Made by a program: the position numbers and the translations under genes | In this document: positions 25,086 through 40,369 of the stretch, one piece after another | Position numbering within the stretch: the stretch's first letter is position 1 | How the letters are laid out: every line of letters starts with the position of its first letter | The notes under the pieces: generated by a model | What the model was told of the DNA's origin: nothing | What the model saw: the letters and a program-made list of their open reading frames with translations, nothing else | Databases searched by the model: none | NCBI RefSeq assembly: GCF_009914755.1 | Contig: NC_060932.1 | DNA from: the human T2T-CHM13v2.0 reference genome, Homo sapiens | Reading direction: 5' to 3' (one strand) | Length of the DNA stretch: 64,000 bases

Positions 25086-25489
25086 CCACAGTAAAGAATT
25101 ACAAAATTAAAGAAAGGAATGCTTTAAATTTTTGTACTTTGCTGAAAATTCTTTTTCCCAGGGTCTATAAAACATTAATTTGTTTTTATATTTTACTATT
25201 TTTTTGTGTTTTTTTGTTTTTAAATCAATAAGTAATCTAGGACTAGCATTATGTTTGCTAGACCTGGCATTTGCTCGGTACATAAGGTTCAAAGTTTCCT
25301 TTCCTTTTTTTATTTATTTTATATTTTGCAATGTTTTTTTTCCATAATATTTAAGTTTTTCGATGTTTAGATATTTTTCTTCGGTGAAGCACAAGTTTCT
25401 TTTCATGGTCCCTGATCAATCTGTAAATGTTAAAAAAACAAATTAAGACCAGGACTATCACTTGTCAGTAGCAAATTAAAGCCCTTAGC

Positions 25490-25681
25490 CAAATGCAATG
25501 TGGTTGTTTTTATCCATAGTTTTACTGGAACACAGCCATACCTGTTCATTTGTATACATACTATCTATGGTTGTCTTGACATGGTAACACTGGAACAAGA
25601 TCATTTCAGAGATAACACAGTCCTCAAAGCCCAAAATATTTCCTATCTGGCCCTTTACAAAAAACATTTGCCAATCCCTGG
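25490..25681 (+). mobile_element. MER58-like hAT fossil in PABPC1 intron 14
   Basis: TTTTACTGGAACACAGCCA...AAAATATTTCCTATCTGGCCCTTTACA...TTTGCCAATCCCTG resembles MER58A. Confidence 0.7.
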
Positions 25682-25964
25682 TCCTGATCCTGGCTGCACT
25701 ACTCAATTTCTTGGGAGTGATGAAAGACAGTAGTAGAGACCCAAGGGCACCACCCAAAAAGGAAAGGTAAAACTATGAAAGCCAACCTATGACAGGTCAT
25801 TTTATATATATATTACTATACAAAATCTGGCAGGGCGCAGTGGCTCACGCCTGTAATTTCAAGACTTTGGGAGGCCGAGGTGGGCGGATCACTTGAGGTC
25901 AGAAGTTCCAGACCAGCCTGGCCAACATGGCAAAACCCCAAGTCTAGTAAAAATACAAAAATTA

Positions 25965-26159
<195 letters not shown>

Positions 26160-26358
26160 TTAAAAATCCAACAGTTAACGGGTAAAATTCCTTTAATTCC
26201 TCTATAGTTAGTTCCACTTTTCCTTGAAAAATTAGCAATACATTTAAATGAACTGTAAAATGATCTTTTGCTATGTACATTTCAAAATATGCTCAACAAA
26301 CTTTATAAAAGATGAAGAAAACAAGCTTAAAACAACAAACCAGAGGGAAAAGCTCACT

Positions 26359-26451
26359 TTAAACAGTTGGAACACCGGTGGCACTGTTAACTGCTTTCTG
26401 GGCAGCCTCTTTAGCTTGGTGGGCTTGTAGTACAGCTACAGCTTCATCAAC
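26359..26451 (-). CDS. PABPC1: PABPC1 exon 14, last coding part with TAA stop
   Basis: acceptor CTTTTTTAG|; [30 protein letters not shown]; exon ends 26358 with donor GTGAGC; exon CDS lengths sum to 1911 nt = 636 aa + stop. Confidence 0.98.
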
Positions 26452-26699
26452 CTAAAAAAGGGGAAAACAGATAAACTGGTTCAGGAAAGGAATGGAAATA
26501 AAGAGTTTCATAATGGTAACATACCAATTCCCAACAAAGATAAGTTTCTTCCCTCAAATGAAAGTATAAATTGTTACACTAAACAACTATATCCATTCAA
26601 TTTTGAGTTCTATTACACCACTATTCTAGAATTATGAATCGCTCCCCTGCACTACTCTTTCCTTGTCCTCCCCACACTCGAAAAATATTTCTCTTTCTC

Positions 26700-26925
26700 C
26701 ACTAGAGAAAGCAGCAGCAGTTGAGAGTATGGCTGTTGGAGCTGATGGGATTTGAAGCCAGGCTCTGCCACTTAAGAGCTGTGTGAGCATTTGGCAAATT
26801 ATTCAGCCTGTTTCAGTTTACCTATCTATAAAATGGGGATAAATAGCGCCACAGGTTATTATGCAGACTTTACAACTGTACATGGCTTATATATAACACG
26901 ATGTAAGTGTTCTGTACAATTAAGT
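26700..26925 (+). mobile_element. MIR fragment in intron 13
   Basis: GGCTCTGCCACTTA..AGCTGTGTGA..TTGGCAAATTA...TCAGTTT.CCTATCTATAAAATGGGGATAA core. Confidence 0.7.
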
Positions 26926-26986
26926 CCCCATAAAAAGCCACGTAATAACTGTGTAAGAGGCAACTTGGTAAATAAATTTAAATCAC

Positions 26987-27117
26987 CTTAGAACGGAGTG
27001 ACTCTGGAGACTCGAGCATATGAAGAAGTTCTGAATTATCAATCTCCAACAACATGCCAGTGATTTTACCAGCAAGAGTAGGGTGCATGGCTTGAATAAG
27101 AGGAAACAGCCGTTCAC
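26987..27117 (-). CDS. PABPC1: PABPC1 exon 13 (MLLE domain)
   Basis: acceptor TGTTCCTAG|, donor AAG|GTGATT; [43 protein letters not shown] (KITGMLLE motif); 131 nt. Confidence 0.99.
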
Positions 27118-27649
27118 CTAGGAACAGAAACATTCAAAAACTCCCTTCAATAAAAAAAAGTTTTTAACTGCATTGAATTACCACATTAAACTGGGGTTTA
27201 AGAACCATACTTCTGTCTCACGTATATAATAACCCATAATCCACAATTTCATTATGTCTTCATGGGAAGACAGAATAAAATCTGCCACAAGGCAATTAAC
27301 TCTTGATATTATCAGCTTGCCAATTAAGCAATGTTACCATTAGGTTGTTAAATCGGTGTTCAGGCAAAGTCACAAGTTTTCTTCTCATTTGCTTCAAATT
27401 CCTTCTCTCAAAAATGTAGTGAGGGCCCATGGTGAGTAATGCCCTACTACCCTATTTATTACTAACAATACATTTTCTTATTGGCTTTCCAGTGGTTTTA
27501 ATTAGGCAGACCAACTGTACTGTCATAATCATTCATGCCAATTCAGATCAATTCCACTGCCCTAGCTGTCAATTGATTGACCTAGTGCCTAAGTGATTCC
27601 TATATTTTCTAGTCTTTCTGAACTGACAAGGTGGGACAGAAGTACTCAC

Positions 27650-27734
27650 CCAACATTTGCTTTTGCTCTTGAGGAGGGGCAGATGCCAACATGGAAGCAG
27701 TCAAAGGTTCCTGACCTTGTACATGAACAGCAGG
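27650..27734 (-). CDS. PABPC1: PABPC1 exon 12 (start of MLLE/PABC domain)
   Basis: acceptor TTTCTGTCTAG|, donor TGG|GTGAGT; [28 protein letters not shown]; 85 nt. Confidence 0.98.
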
Positions 27735-27913
27735 CTAGACAGAAAATGAGAACTCTTAAGTTTAAAGCACAGAAAAAGATGGCAAATACAAATAGTCATC
27801 AATGGACATCTGCTGAAGTGGTAGACTTCCATCGAAACATGAGGTGGAGAAGTTGAGTGAGCGAATTAGAAAGAAGCCAAAGTAGTTATTATATACTATG
27901 TATCACAGATACA

Positions 27914-28625
27914 TTTTTTTTCTTTTTGAGATGGAGTCTCACTTTGTCGCCCAGGCTGGAATGCAACGGCACAATCTTGGCTCGCTGCAACCTCCGCCTC
28001 CGGATTCAAGCAACTTTCCTGCCTCAGCCTCCCCAGTAGCTGGGATTACAGGCATGTGCCACCAAGCCTGGCTAATCTTTATATTTTTAGAGCTGGGGTT
28101 TCACCCTGTTGACCAGGCTGGTCTCAAACTCCTGACCTCAAGTGATCCACCTGCCTTGGCCTCCTGAAGTGCTGGGATTACATACAGGTGTGAGCCACCA
28201 CGCCTGGCCCATAGCTACTTGTAATAGTTGTTTCAGACCAGGCGTGGTGATTTAGGATGTGAATTTCTCGCTGCTTGTCCAATTCCAAAAGCGTAAGACA
28301 TTTTACATACTATCATATTAGCAGAATGTTCCAGATAGGCTAAGCTCTCAAGAATCTATCATGCAGCTGTCTTCACATTTTTTCTTTTGAGACAGAGTCT
28401 TGCTGTCACCCAGCAGGGATTACAGCTTGCTGCAGCCTTAAACTCCTGGGCTCGAGCAATCCTCCTGCCTCAGCCTTCCTAGCAGCTAGGACTACAGGCT
28501 TATGCCACCACACCCAGCTAGTTTTCTTTGTGGAGACAGGGTCCTGTATGTTGCCCAGGCTGGTCCCAAACTCCTGGTCTCAAGCAATCTGCCTGCCTCA
28601 GCCTCCCAAAGTGCTGGGGTTATAG
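27914..28625 (-). mobile_element. two minus-strand Alus (AluS ~27914-28209, AluJ ~28380-28645) in intron 11
   Basis: poly-T then GAGATGGAGTCTCAC...; sense to PABPC1. Confidence 0.85.
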
Positions 28626-28711
28626 GTGTGAGCCACTGTGCCCAGCTGTCTTCACACCTTTGATTTCACCCAAGAAATGTGATTTTTATTAAGAAATCAT
28701 TAAATCCATAC

Positions 28712-28866
28712 CTGTTGCATTGTAACTTGTGGCTGTGCATTAAGATGTTGCTGAGGATTGCGAACTCCTGCAGCATATTTATACTGTGGAACGGTGCGGA
28801 CAGCAGGAGTAGCTGCAGCGGCTGCAGCTGCAGGACGTGGACCCATTGTCTGTGTTGATGTGTTAG
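28712..28866 (-). CDS. PABPC1: PABPC1 exon 11 (linker)
   Basis: acceptor TTTTTTAG|, donor CAG|GTATGG; [51 protein letters not shown]; 155 nt; preceding intron only 81 nt. Confidence 0.98.
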
Positions 28867-28947
28867 CTAAAAAATAAGAACATTTTGTATTTTTATCTTG
28901 CTCTTTCAAATTGGTGATCAATTTTTAAAGGAAGGATTAAGACTCAC

Positions 28948-29058
28948 CAACACGCTGTGTTGACATGACTCGTGGAACCTGTGAAGAAGCTGGTCTCATA
29001 GTACTAAATGGTGGTCTAGGAGCAGCTGGGCGGATAGCACCGGGCATATTTTGGAATG
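28948..29058 (-). CDS. PABPC1: PABPC1 exon 10 (linker)
   Basis: acceptor AATGCAG|, donor TTG|GTGAGT; [36 protein letters not shown]; 111 nt. Confidence 0.97.
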
Positions 29059-29263
29059 CTGCATTTTAAAGATGTGAATATACATTAACTGGGAAAACTT
29101 ACTGAGTGAAAAGTGTTTATGCTGTCTTCTTCGATCTGAGGTTTGCATAAAAGACTAAAAAGTGACAAAACTTTTTAAAGCTGAGTCTTAACACTTGCCA
29201 TTTTCCCAGACTCAGAGCATCAATAAGTAAAAACATTAATTCATACAAGGACGAGTACTTATA

Positions 29264-30270
29264 TGTAGGGACCAGCCCCACAGGGTCGGTGGGCTTCTCC
29301 CTGTATGCAGCGACGAGAGAGTGCAGAAATAAAGACACGAGACACAGAGATTTAAAAAAAAAAGACAGCTGGGCACGGGGGACCACTACCACCAAGACGC
29401 GGAGACCAGTAGTGGCCCTGAATGTCTGGCTGCACTGTTATTTATTGGAAACAAAACACAAGGGGCAGGGTAAAGAGTGTGAGTCATCTCCAATGATAGG
29501 TAAGGTCACGTGGGTTACGTGTCCACTGGAGAGGGGGCCCTTCCCCGCCTGGCAGCCGAGGCAGAGAGGGAGAGGAGACAGAGAGAAAGACAGCTTACGC
29601 CATTGTTTCTGCATATTAGAGACTTTTAGTACTTTCACTAATTTACTACTGCTATCTAGAAGGCAGAGCCAGGTGTACAGGATGGAACATGAAGGCAGAC
29701 TAGGAGCGTGACCACTGAAGCACAGCACCATAGGGAGACGGTTAGGCCTCTGGATAATTGCAGGCAAGCCTGACTGATGTCAGGCCCTCCACAAGAGGTG
29801 GAGGAGCAGTCTTCTCTAAACTCCCCAGGGGAAAAGCAGACTCCCTTTCCCGGTCTGCTAAATAGTGGGTGTTTTCCTTTGACACTTACGCTACCGCTAG
29901 ACCTCGGTCCGCCTGGCAACGGGCGTCTTCCCAGACGCTGGCGTTACCACTAGACCAAGGAGCCCTTTGGTGGCCCTGTCTGGGCATAACAGAAGGCTCG
30001 CACTCTTGTCTTCTGGTCACTTCTCACTATGTCCCCTCAGCTCCTATCTCTGTATGGCCTGGTTTTTCCTAGGTTATGATTATAGAGTGAGGATTATTAT
30101 GATATTGGAATAAAGAGTAATTGCTACAAACTAATGATTAATGATATTCATATATAATCATATCTAAGATCTATATCTGGTATAACTATTCTTATTTTAT
30201 ATTTTATTATATTGGAACAGCTCGTGTCCTCGGTCTCTTGCCTTGGCACCTGGGTGGTTTGCCGCCCACA
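29264..30270 (-). mobile_element. solo LTR13 (ERVK class) in PABPC1 intron 9
   Basis: TG...CA termini; reverse strand begins TGTGGGCGGCAAACCACCCAGGTGCCAAGGCAAGAGACCGAG; 1007 bp; perfect 6-bp TSD CTTATA at 29258-29263 and 30271-30276. Confidence 0.9.
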
Positions 30271-30362
30271 CTTATAAATATACCTGAAACATAATCATGA
30301 TAAAATTCTAAGTGCTCCCAGCCTGGCCAACAGGGCAAAATCCCGTCTCTACAAAAAATTTA

Positions 30363-30605
<243 letters not shown>

Positions 30606-30826
30606 TTAAATGGAACGAGACCTTTAAAACTGTGGCCTGACAAAATATGAAATTGGCTGGGTGCCATGGCTCACGCCTGTACTCTCAACACTTTAGGAGG
30701 CTGAGGTGGGCAGATGACCTGAGATCAGGAGCTCAAGACAACCCTGGCCAACGTGGTCAAACCCCATCTCTACTAATAATGCGTAAGTTAGCTGGGCGTG
30801 GTGGCGGGCACCTGTAATCCCAGCTA

Positions 30827-30988
<162 letters not shown>

Positions 30989-31197
30989 CTATTCCCAAAA
31001 CTTTTATAAAGGGAAATCAAACCACTGTAGACATTACTATCTTAGCACTGCTTTTAAATGCTATAAAAATGAACATCCATAACCACAAATTATGTGAAAT
31101 GCAATAGTTAACCTAACATTGACATAGAAGAGCTGATTTACCCAATGTGTTATTTTTAACTCAATCCCCAACCTTAATTAAAAGAAAAAAGACTTAC

Positions 31198-31288
31198 GAT
31201 GAGGTCTGGCACCCTGAGCAGTCCAGCGAGGACTTGGTCTTAGTTGAGCAATTTGGCTAGGAGGATAGTATGCAGCACGGTTCTGAGT
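31198..31288 (-). CDS. PABPC1: PABPC1 exon 9 (Pro-rich linker)
   Basis: acceptor TTTCCCTGCAG|, donor |GTAAGT; [30 protein letters not shown]; 91 nt. Confidence 0.97.
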
Positions 31289-31496
31289 CTGCAGGGAAAA
31301 AAAGCACATGAGTTTATCAGTTGAAGAAAAAAGCAAATAATGCAATAAATTATATGTACTTTTTCAAAACATTTACCAGGACTTCACACTCAAGCATTTT
31401 TTCCTACTCAATCATAATTCCCCTTTCTTAATGTTTCACATTTGCGGGGCGAGGGGCACAAAAAACACTAGAAATGACCAAATACGAAAACCTTCA

Positions 31497-31796
<300 letters not shown>

Positions 31797-32700
31797 CTAT
31801 TAAAAAAAAGAAAAAAAAAGTTAACGTAATGGTAGAATGAGGAGCAAAAAAAGAGCGTTACAATTTAGACAATTATAAATCACTGAATCAAATAACTAAA
31901 CCCTGTTAATGCTTAATCATCTTGTATTCACCCATTGAGTTCACAATTTTTCCTTAATACCCAATTATTAAGGGCAAACTACACATATGCATTACCCTAG
32001 CCAGGTCAGAGAACTGACAGAAGTGAAGGCTGCACAGAAACTTTTAAAGATTTTAGATACTGAATTTGATTGGATTTTCAATATTGAAATTTAATTATCT
32101 AAATAAATACATCCCAGGCCTACTAAATTGACTTTTGGGCACCACTGGAAGCATTTCCCAATTAAATTTTGACTATTCTAACAATTCAAGCTGACAAGAT
32201 GCCTCACTATGCCTTTGAGAAAAAAAGTAGTTGAATCTTACAATACCCACATCTTAAAATAAAAGTTTTTACATTCAAGAGCAGAGGATCCATAAATATT
32301 ACGGTATAAAGAACACTCAAGAGGAAGGTTCTTCTAAAATTGATTGCAAAGACCTTTTAAATGAGCAATGAAGACTTGCAAAGAACCACTCGCTAGGCCA
32401 GCAATATATATAAGCATGCTATAAAACTACATTAACAGTATGCGAGTGGCATAGGAACAAACGGTAATAAAACAGAGGCCAGAAATATACCCAAGCAATT
32501 ATGGGAATTCACTGTGCTAAAGTTAACATTTTAAAGTACTGGGGAAAAAGGACTTTGGGCTACTCAATACATGACACACTGGGACAAATGAAAAAATGTA
32601 GAACTCTTAATTCACATTACATTGAAAAATCTTAAATGCCAGGTAGATTCTGAATCTGAACATAGAATGTAGAAATAGAGAGAAAACCTTTCTAAGATGA

Positions 32701-33025
<325 letters not shown>

Positions 33026-33134
33026 TCAAAAAAATAAAACAAATGTTCCCTTAATCAATAAAAAGACAGACAACCAGCCAGGCACGGTGGCTCACGCCTG
33101 TAATCCCAACACTTTAGGAGGTCACCTGAGGTCA

Positions 33135-33341
<207 letters not shown>

Positions 33342-33367
33342 TTAAAAAAGACAAAAAAAAAACACCT

Positions 33368-33453
33368 CATAAGTTTAAGAATTTGTGTTGCACTGCATTA
33401 AAAGCATTCTTGGGCCGCATGTGGCCTGCAAGCAGCGGGTTGGACAAGCTTGG
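33368..33453 (+). mobile_element. MER30-like 3' fragment in intron 7
   Basis: AGTTTAAGAATTTGTGTTG...GGGCCGCATGTGGCCTGC...GGGTTGGACAAGCTTG. Confidence 0.6.
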
Positions 33454-34394
33454 CTTAAGCCCAGGAAAGGCTGAGGCTGCAGTGAGCTGTGATTGTGGCA
33501 TGCCCCTGCACTCCAACCTGGGCAACATAATGAGATCCTGTCTCAAGAAACAGAAAAACATGCATGCTTCATACATTCAAAATATGCTGATGCACAACAC
33601 TCAATTTAAACAATATCCAGGGAACACACTGAAGACAAAAACATTCAGGAATAAATTCTATCGTACTCCAATACTCTTACATAAAAAGCATAATCTGAAA
33701 CACAAGACAACCATGGCACTTCCATCTTACTTGTATTCAACCACCTTTCCCCTAACATTTCCTCACTCTCACAGAAGCTTCCTCGGACTTGCCAGGAAAA
33801 GCTGACTAGAAAGATCAGCCACAGCGTCATTCCAGTTCAGTTGAGTTGTAATTTTTTTCTATGCACTCTTCCCCAACCCCAGCAAAATTATGTATGCACA
33901 AAACCTTGCATATAGGGGGACTCTTGGCCCACGGATGCTAGACAAAAACATCTAGAAGAGAACTTCTTAAATCAAGATTTCAGAATTTGTACTAGAATAC
34001 TACTGCTTTGTTTCTTAATCTCTGATTTCAAATAAAAGAAAATATGATCTCTATTCTTACTGCTAGGGGGCAGGGGAGGGAACTGGGGCTTGACTACCCA
34101 GAATGAATTGTAGAAATGAATAAACAGATCAGAACTATAGTAACAATTATAAGTCCCTAATAAATTGCTTGCTTTAGCAAAATGACTAGTTGTTGGAATA
34201 GTGCATATCATGTGAGGATATCAGCCTTCCTTAGCAAAGAGTTCAGTGCTTGCCATTTTTAAGTTAACCATTAGGCTATGACAACCAGTTCAAATGTGAA
34301 TTTAAGTTTTAGAAGTAACGAAGCAAACACCTCTCTAGTGGCTATAATAATACAAAATTTATATACATATATCTACATGTATGAATTTTTACTA

Positions 34395-34523
<129 letters not shown>

Positions 34524-34708
34524 CTAAAAAGAAGAAAAGAAAACTATAGAAAAAGAAAACCATGGTGGTACCTAAGTACATCGGGTCTATTATTTTACCC
34601 CATATTTCTTCTCCTATTCCCCTCTCAAACCCTCCAGCTACCTGGAAGTAACTGAAATCAACGTAAAATAGGTTTCCTCATCCCTGTCTTATTTTGGTTG
34701 TTCAATTA

Positions 34709-34888
<180 letters not shown>

Positions 34889-35097
34889 TCACAAAACTTT
34901 CAACTTACAGTTCATTTCCTTAACAGTTAAGACAAATTTGTTAAGTCACAAAAGCTAAAGACAAACCCATCCCAAAATCTCAAGGTTTTGGGACAATATA
35001 GGTTACCAATTTATACTCTCAAACCTAATGCATAAAATGCAAATAACTGAAAATATAAGAACATGTCAAATAGCTATTAGTATGCACATAGACTTCA

Positions 35098-35262
<165 letters not shown>

Positions 35263-37505
35263 TTACATAAATCAAAGATATTCCATACAACATTCACGTT
35301 ATACATTTCAAATTTCAACATACAAAGCCATGAAAAAAATTTCAAAGCTCCGTAACTTGACTCCTCCCTCCCAGCCTTCTATGCCCCAGGTAGGTATACT
35401 TTTCCATTGAAAGACCTTTTATTATTAAGAAGGTAAACACCTTCCCTCCCCTGAAGGATTCCTCCTTCCATTTAAGGAGGTACACTTTAAACGGCTGTAA
35501 AAAGTTTTATTCTCAGCTCTAGCACAAAAGAGTTGCATTTTTTACCCAATAATTTGATTTTTTCCCTTTTCTATAGAGACAGTATATCATTCCATTGCCC
35601 AGGCTGAAGTGTAGCAGCACAATGAATAAGCTCACTTTAACTCAACTCCTGGGCTCAAGTGATCCTCCTGCCTCAACTTACCAAGTATCTGGGACTACTG
35701 GCCCACATACCACCATGCCTGGCTAATTTATTTTTTGTAGAGATAGGGTCTTGCTATGTTGCCCGGGCTAGTCTAAAACTTGTGGCTTCAAGTATCTTCC
35801 CTCTTTGACCTCCCCAAGCGCTAGGGTTACAGGCATGAGCTATTGTGCTAAGACCAATTTGATTTTCTTTGTATCAATTAAGAAACAAGTATTTATTAAG
35901 CCTTGGCCTACCCGACTTTCAACAGGAGTGGAAGGAATACATAGTTGGACTCTTTGGTAAGACATAGGTAATACAGGAATTTGAAAGACAGGGAAAAAAA
36001 AATTCTTTTTAAAGACACAGGTGAACTACCTGGAAGAGGAAGCATTTATTTCTGAAGACATGTTTTCCCCTAACTCCCTCTAAAGTAGGAGAGACAGGTA
36101 ACTGAGGCGGGTGGTATCTCAGGCAAGTGGGGCAGAAAAGGTTAAAAATCACATTTGATTACAGAAATTTAGAAGATGTATGGGCCAAGGCAGATTTTCT
36201 TCTGAATGTGCCTCTCTCCTGAGGCCAAAGTCAAGAAAATATGACATATTCACATATTTGTGGTCAACTTATGCAGCATTACTCATACGGTAGGTAGTTA
36301 ACATCAACTTTTACAAATAGCTTCTAATTAAAAGACATTAAGAAGCATGACAGTTGAAATATATAAAAGGCAGTAGCTAAATTTGGGGGTTGAGATGTAA
36401 ACATGATGTCACTTTCTATGTTTTATATCATCTATCTTTGTGCAAAATGGTACTTTTTTGCTCTAGTGGAGGGCTTGATGTGACATGCTAGCATGGCAGT
36501 AAGATATTAGATTTCCTGGCCAGGCACAGTGGCTCACACCTGTAATCCCAGCACTTTGGGAGGCCGAGGTGGCTGGATCACTTGAGGTCAGGAGTTGGAG
36601 ACCAGCCTGGCCATCACGGTGAAACCCCGTCTCTAATAAAAATACAAAAATTAGCTGGGCATGGTGGCGCACACCTGTAATCCCAGCTACTCAAGGTAGA
36701 GATAGGAGAACTGCTTGAACCCGGGAGGCGGAGGCTACAATGAGCCGAGATCACGTGACTGCACTCCAGCCCGGGTGACAGAGCAAGAGTCAAAAAAAAA
36801 AGTATCAGATTTCCTAATTCTTTATTATTTGACATATTAAAAAAAGCAAGACACCTCTAAGTTCAACACAAAATGCAAAGGGTGGGGTCAAGCAAATCAT
36901 CTGCACATGAACACTTAAAAGTTATTTTATCTGTTATACCCCTACCTAAACTAAGGCTGGTTTGTGCTTCATCAATTTCAAGTTTTATGAAGTTATTTTT
37001 AAATGCAGGAAATAAGTACTTTGAATCACTGGAAAATCTGAATTTTTGGTTTCATCGCTGAAAGTCATTGTTTTAAACTGCTCAAACATGATGTTACTTA
37101 GACTGACCAGCTTTATTGTTCTATGAGACTGCATTCCACTGTAGGCTGGCTGTGTCAAATATATGCTTCTGATGACATGGGATCTCTAATTACACACACA
37201 CACACACACACACACATATATCTCCAGCCTCTTAATGTAGTAAAATATTTTAAAATCTGTTCTAATTACTTAGTCATACCTTACTGTGCTAATCTAATGC
37301 TATTAACCTTTAACCTGGATAGAATTCTATTTATTTGCATTATACTACTTTGTAGTGTAATAGATGGCCAGCAGCTTAATTCAAATAACCACAAATATTT
37401 TAAAGTACCATGTAAGTCTAATTTTATTGACTTTTTTAGTATAAAGTAATAGCTAAAATTAACACTGAGCACTAATTCAGAGCTTTGTGTGTAAAAATTT
37501 AATTA

Positions 37506-37709
<204 letters not shown>

Positions 37710-39051
37710 TTAAGTAAGCCTGATGGTTGGTTTTGTTACTGTTAATGAGAATATTCAGAATCCCTAATAAAAAGCACACTACAAAATAGAAATAGGGCCA
37801 TAATTTAAGATATGACACCATGAAATATATGAATAAGCCTCTAACTACAATCACAAAAAAAAAACCACTTCTTTTAATACACACTTCTCTTCTCTAGCTA
37901 ACCTAGGGTTAAAGGGATCACTCCCATCAATACAAATGAGTGGAAGTGCATGTGTACCATGCCAATAAAAAGACCTCTATCAAATTAAAAAGCTTTCATC
38001 GTCATTTTAAAGTGGCGCTTGCGCTTTCTTTGCCATCTCCTAGAATAAAAATTTAAACTTCCCAATCGTGTACTCTAACACACAACAGCCTGACATAACT
38101 GCAGCATTTTCAACAAAATGACACTAAAACTTAATTTTTTCTGAATATAACAGTAGTAATTCAGAACAAGGATCACTGGGCTAGGCAGTGGCTCACACCT
38201 GTAATCCCAGCACTTTGCAAGGCCAAGGTGGGATGATCACTGGAGGCCAGGAATTCGAGTTCAGCCTAGCCAACATGGTGAAACTGTCTCTACTAAAGTA
38301 CAAAAATTAGTTGGGTGTGGTGGTGTACACCTGTAATCCCACCTACTTGGGAGGCTGAAGCACGACAATTGCTAGAACCCGGGAGGCAGAGGTGGCAGTG
38401 AGTAGATTGCACCACTGCACTCCAGCCTGGGCAAGAGAGCAAGACCATGTCTCAAAAATATAAAAAGAACAACGATCACTGAAGAAAAAAAGGTAGCACA
38501 TGTGTCATAGCATATTATAATACACAGCAAAGCAGAAGGAAAAACCATCTTACATAATCTCACCCTAGTCATCTAAATTTCCTTATCTCTAACCCAGCTT
38601 TAGAATAAAAAGTAAAATAAAAATAATTTCCTTATCTCTCCACAAAATATGGTTGGTCTTCGCTATGCTATTAGTTTCATAAATGTTCTCAAAGGGAGCG
38701 TATTTCATTGTGACCATCACTTTCTGCTTTGTAAATAATGCTGCAACTTTTTTAAGAGACAAGGTCTTGCTATTTTGCCCTGGCTGGAGTGTAATAGCTG
38801 TTCACAGGCACAATCACAACACACTACAGCCTTGGCTCAAGCATCCTGCCTCAGCTTCCCAGTGGCTGGGAATAAAGGCACACTGCAGTAAAGCTGAAAC
38901 TTTATGAAAGACACTTTGTGTATTTCTTCTTAGGACAGTTACAAATTTCCAAAAGAGTTATATCACTTTTACTCAAAACAGCAACATATCATTCTTTTCT
39001 GGATCCTGCCAGTGTTGGGCTTGCTTTTTTTTCCTCCTAAAGCCCTGGTAA

Positions 39052-39243
<192 letters not shown>

Positions 39244-39826
39244 TAGTAGAGACGGTTTCTCCATGTTGGTCAGGCTGGTCTCAAACTCCCAACCTCAGGT
39301 GATCCGCCCACCTCGGCCTCCCAAAGTGCTGGGATTTACAGGCATGAGCCACCGCGCCCGGACTTGTGAGTAATGTATGTCTCTCATTTTACAGTACATA
39401 AAAGCAAATTACTTTGAGTTTCCTCACCTATAAAATGGGTTAATTTAACCAGTACCTCAAGAATTATGAATATTAGGTTTGTCTGAATTCCTGATTTTTC
39501 ACTAATGCACTCATTTTGAAAAAGCTACATTTTTCTGTTTACTTATCTTCTGTTTTCCTTTTGGCATGAATGTTAATTATATTAAACCTGTTATTTGTAT
39601 GTTACACTTACTGTGTAGAAAATTCAATTGTAAAAATCAAGATTAGCTTATTAATTTTCACTCCAGTACAACTACATGAATTTTTGTTATTCATCTTTAA
39701 AATGTTTTTATTCTTTTATCTTATGTGCATCTAACTTCTCCCTGACAAATATTAACTTAAAATGAATGGATTTGGAATTATTAAAAATAAGATTCAAAAT
39801 ATGATTAGCTAGATATTTATAACTTA

Positions 39827-39943
<117 letters not shown>

Positions 39944-40093
39944 CTAGGGAAAAACATATACCCATTTTTCTTTATTTGCTATTGATTTAACATTTGTTCA
40001 GTGTTGAGAGACAATCTGTTAGCCATCTAACCTGGATATTTGTGAAATAAAGATATCCATTACTGCACAGTTCCTATTTCAAGCACTAAACTA

Positions 40094-40369
<276 letters not shown>

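Larger units (their letters stand above)
24977..25420 (-). other. PABPC1: PABPC1 exon 15 (non-coding 3'-UTR terminal exon; 3' end approximate)
   Basis: acceptor TTTACAG|ATTGATCAGG at 25420; A-rich UTR; AATAAA near 3' end. Confidence 0.9.

Noticed and set aside
29117-30072. ORFs of 67-140 aa in intron 9
   Set aside because: They lie in or across the solo LTR; no gag/pol/env sequence remains.
34635-34660. Possible 10-nt microexon in intron 6 (TTTCAG|TTACTTCCAG|GTAG)
   Set aside because: Weak donor, frame-shifting, in a 194-nt intron; cannot be supported from sequence alone.
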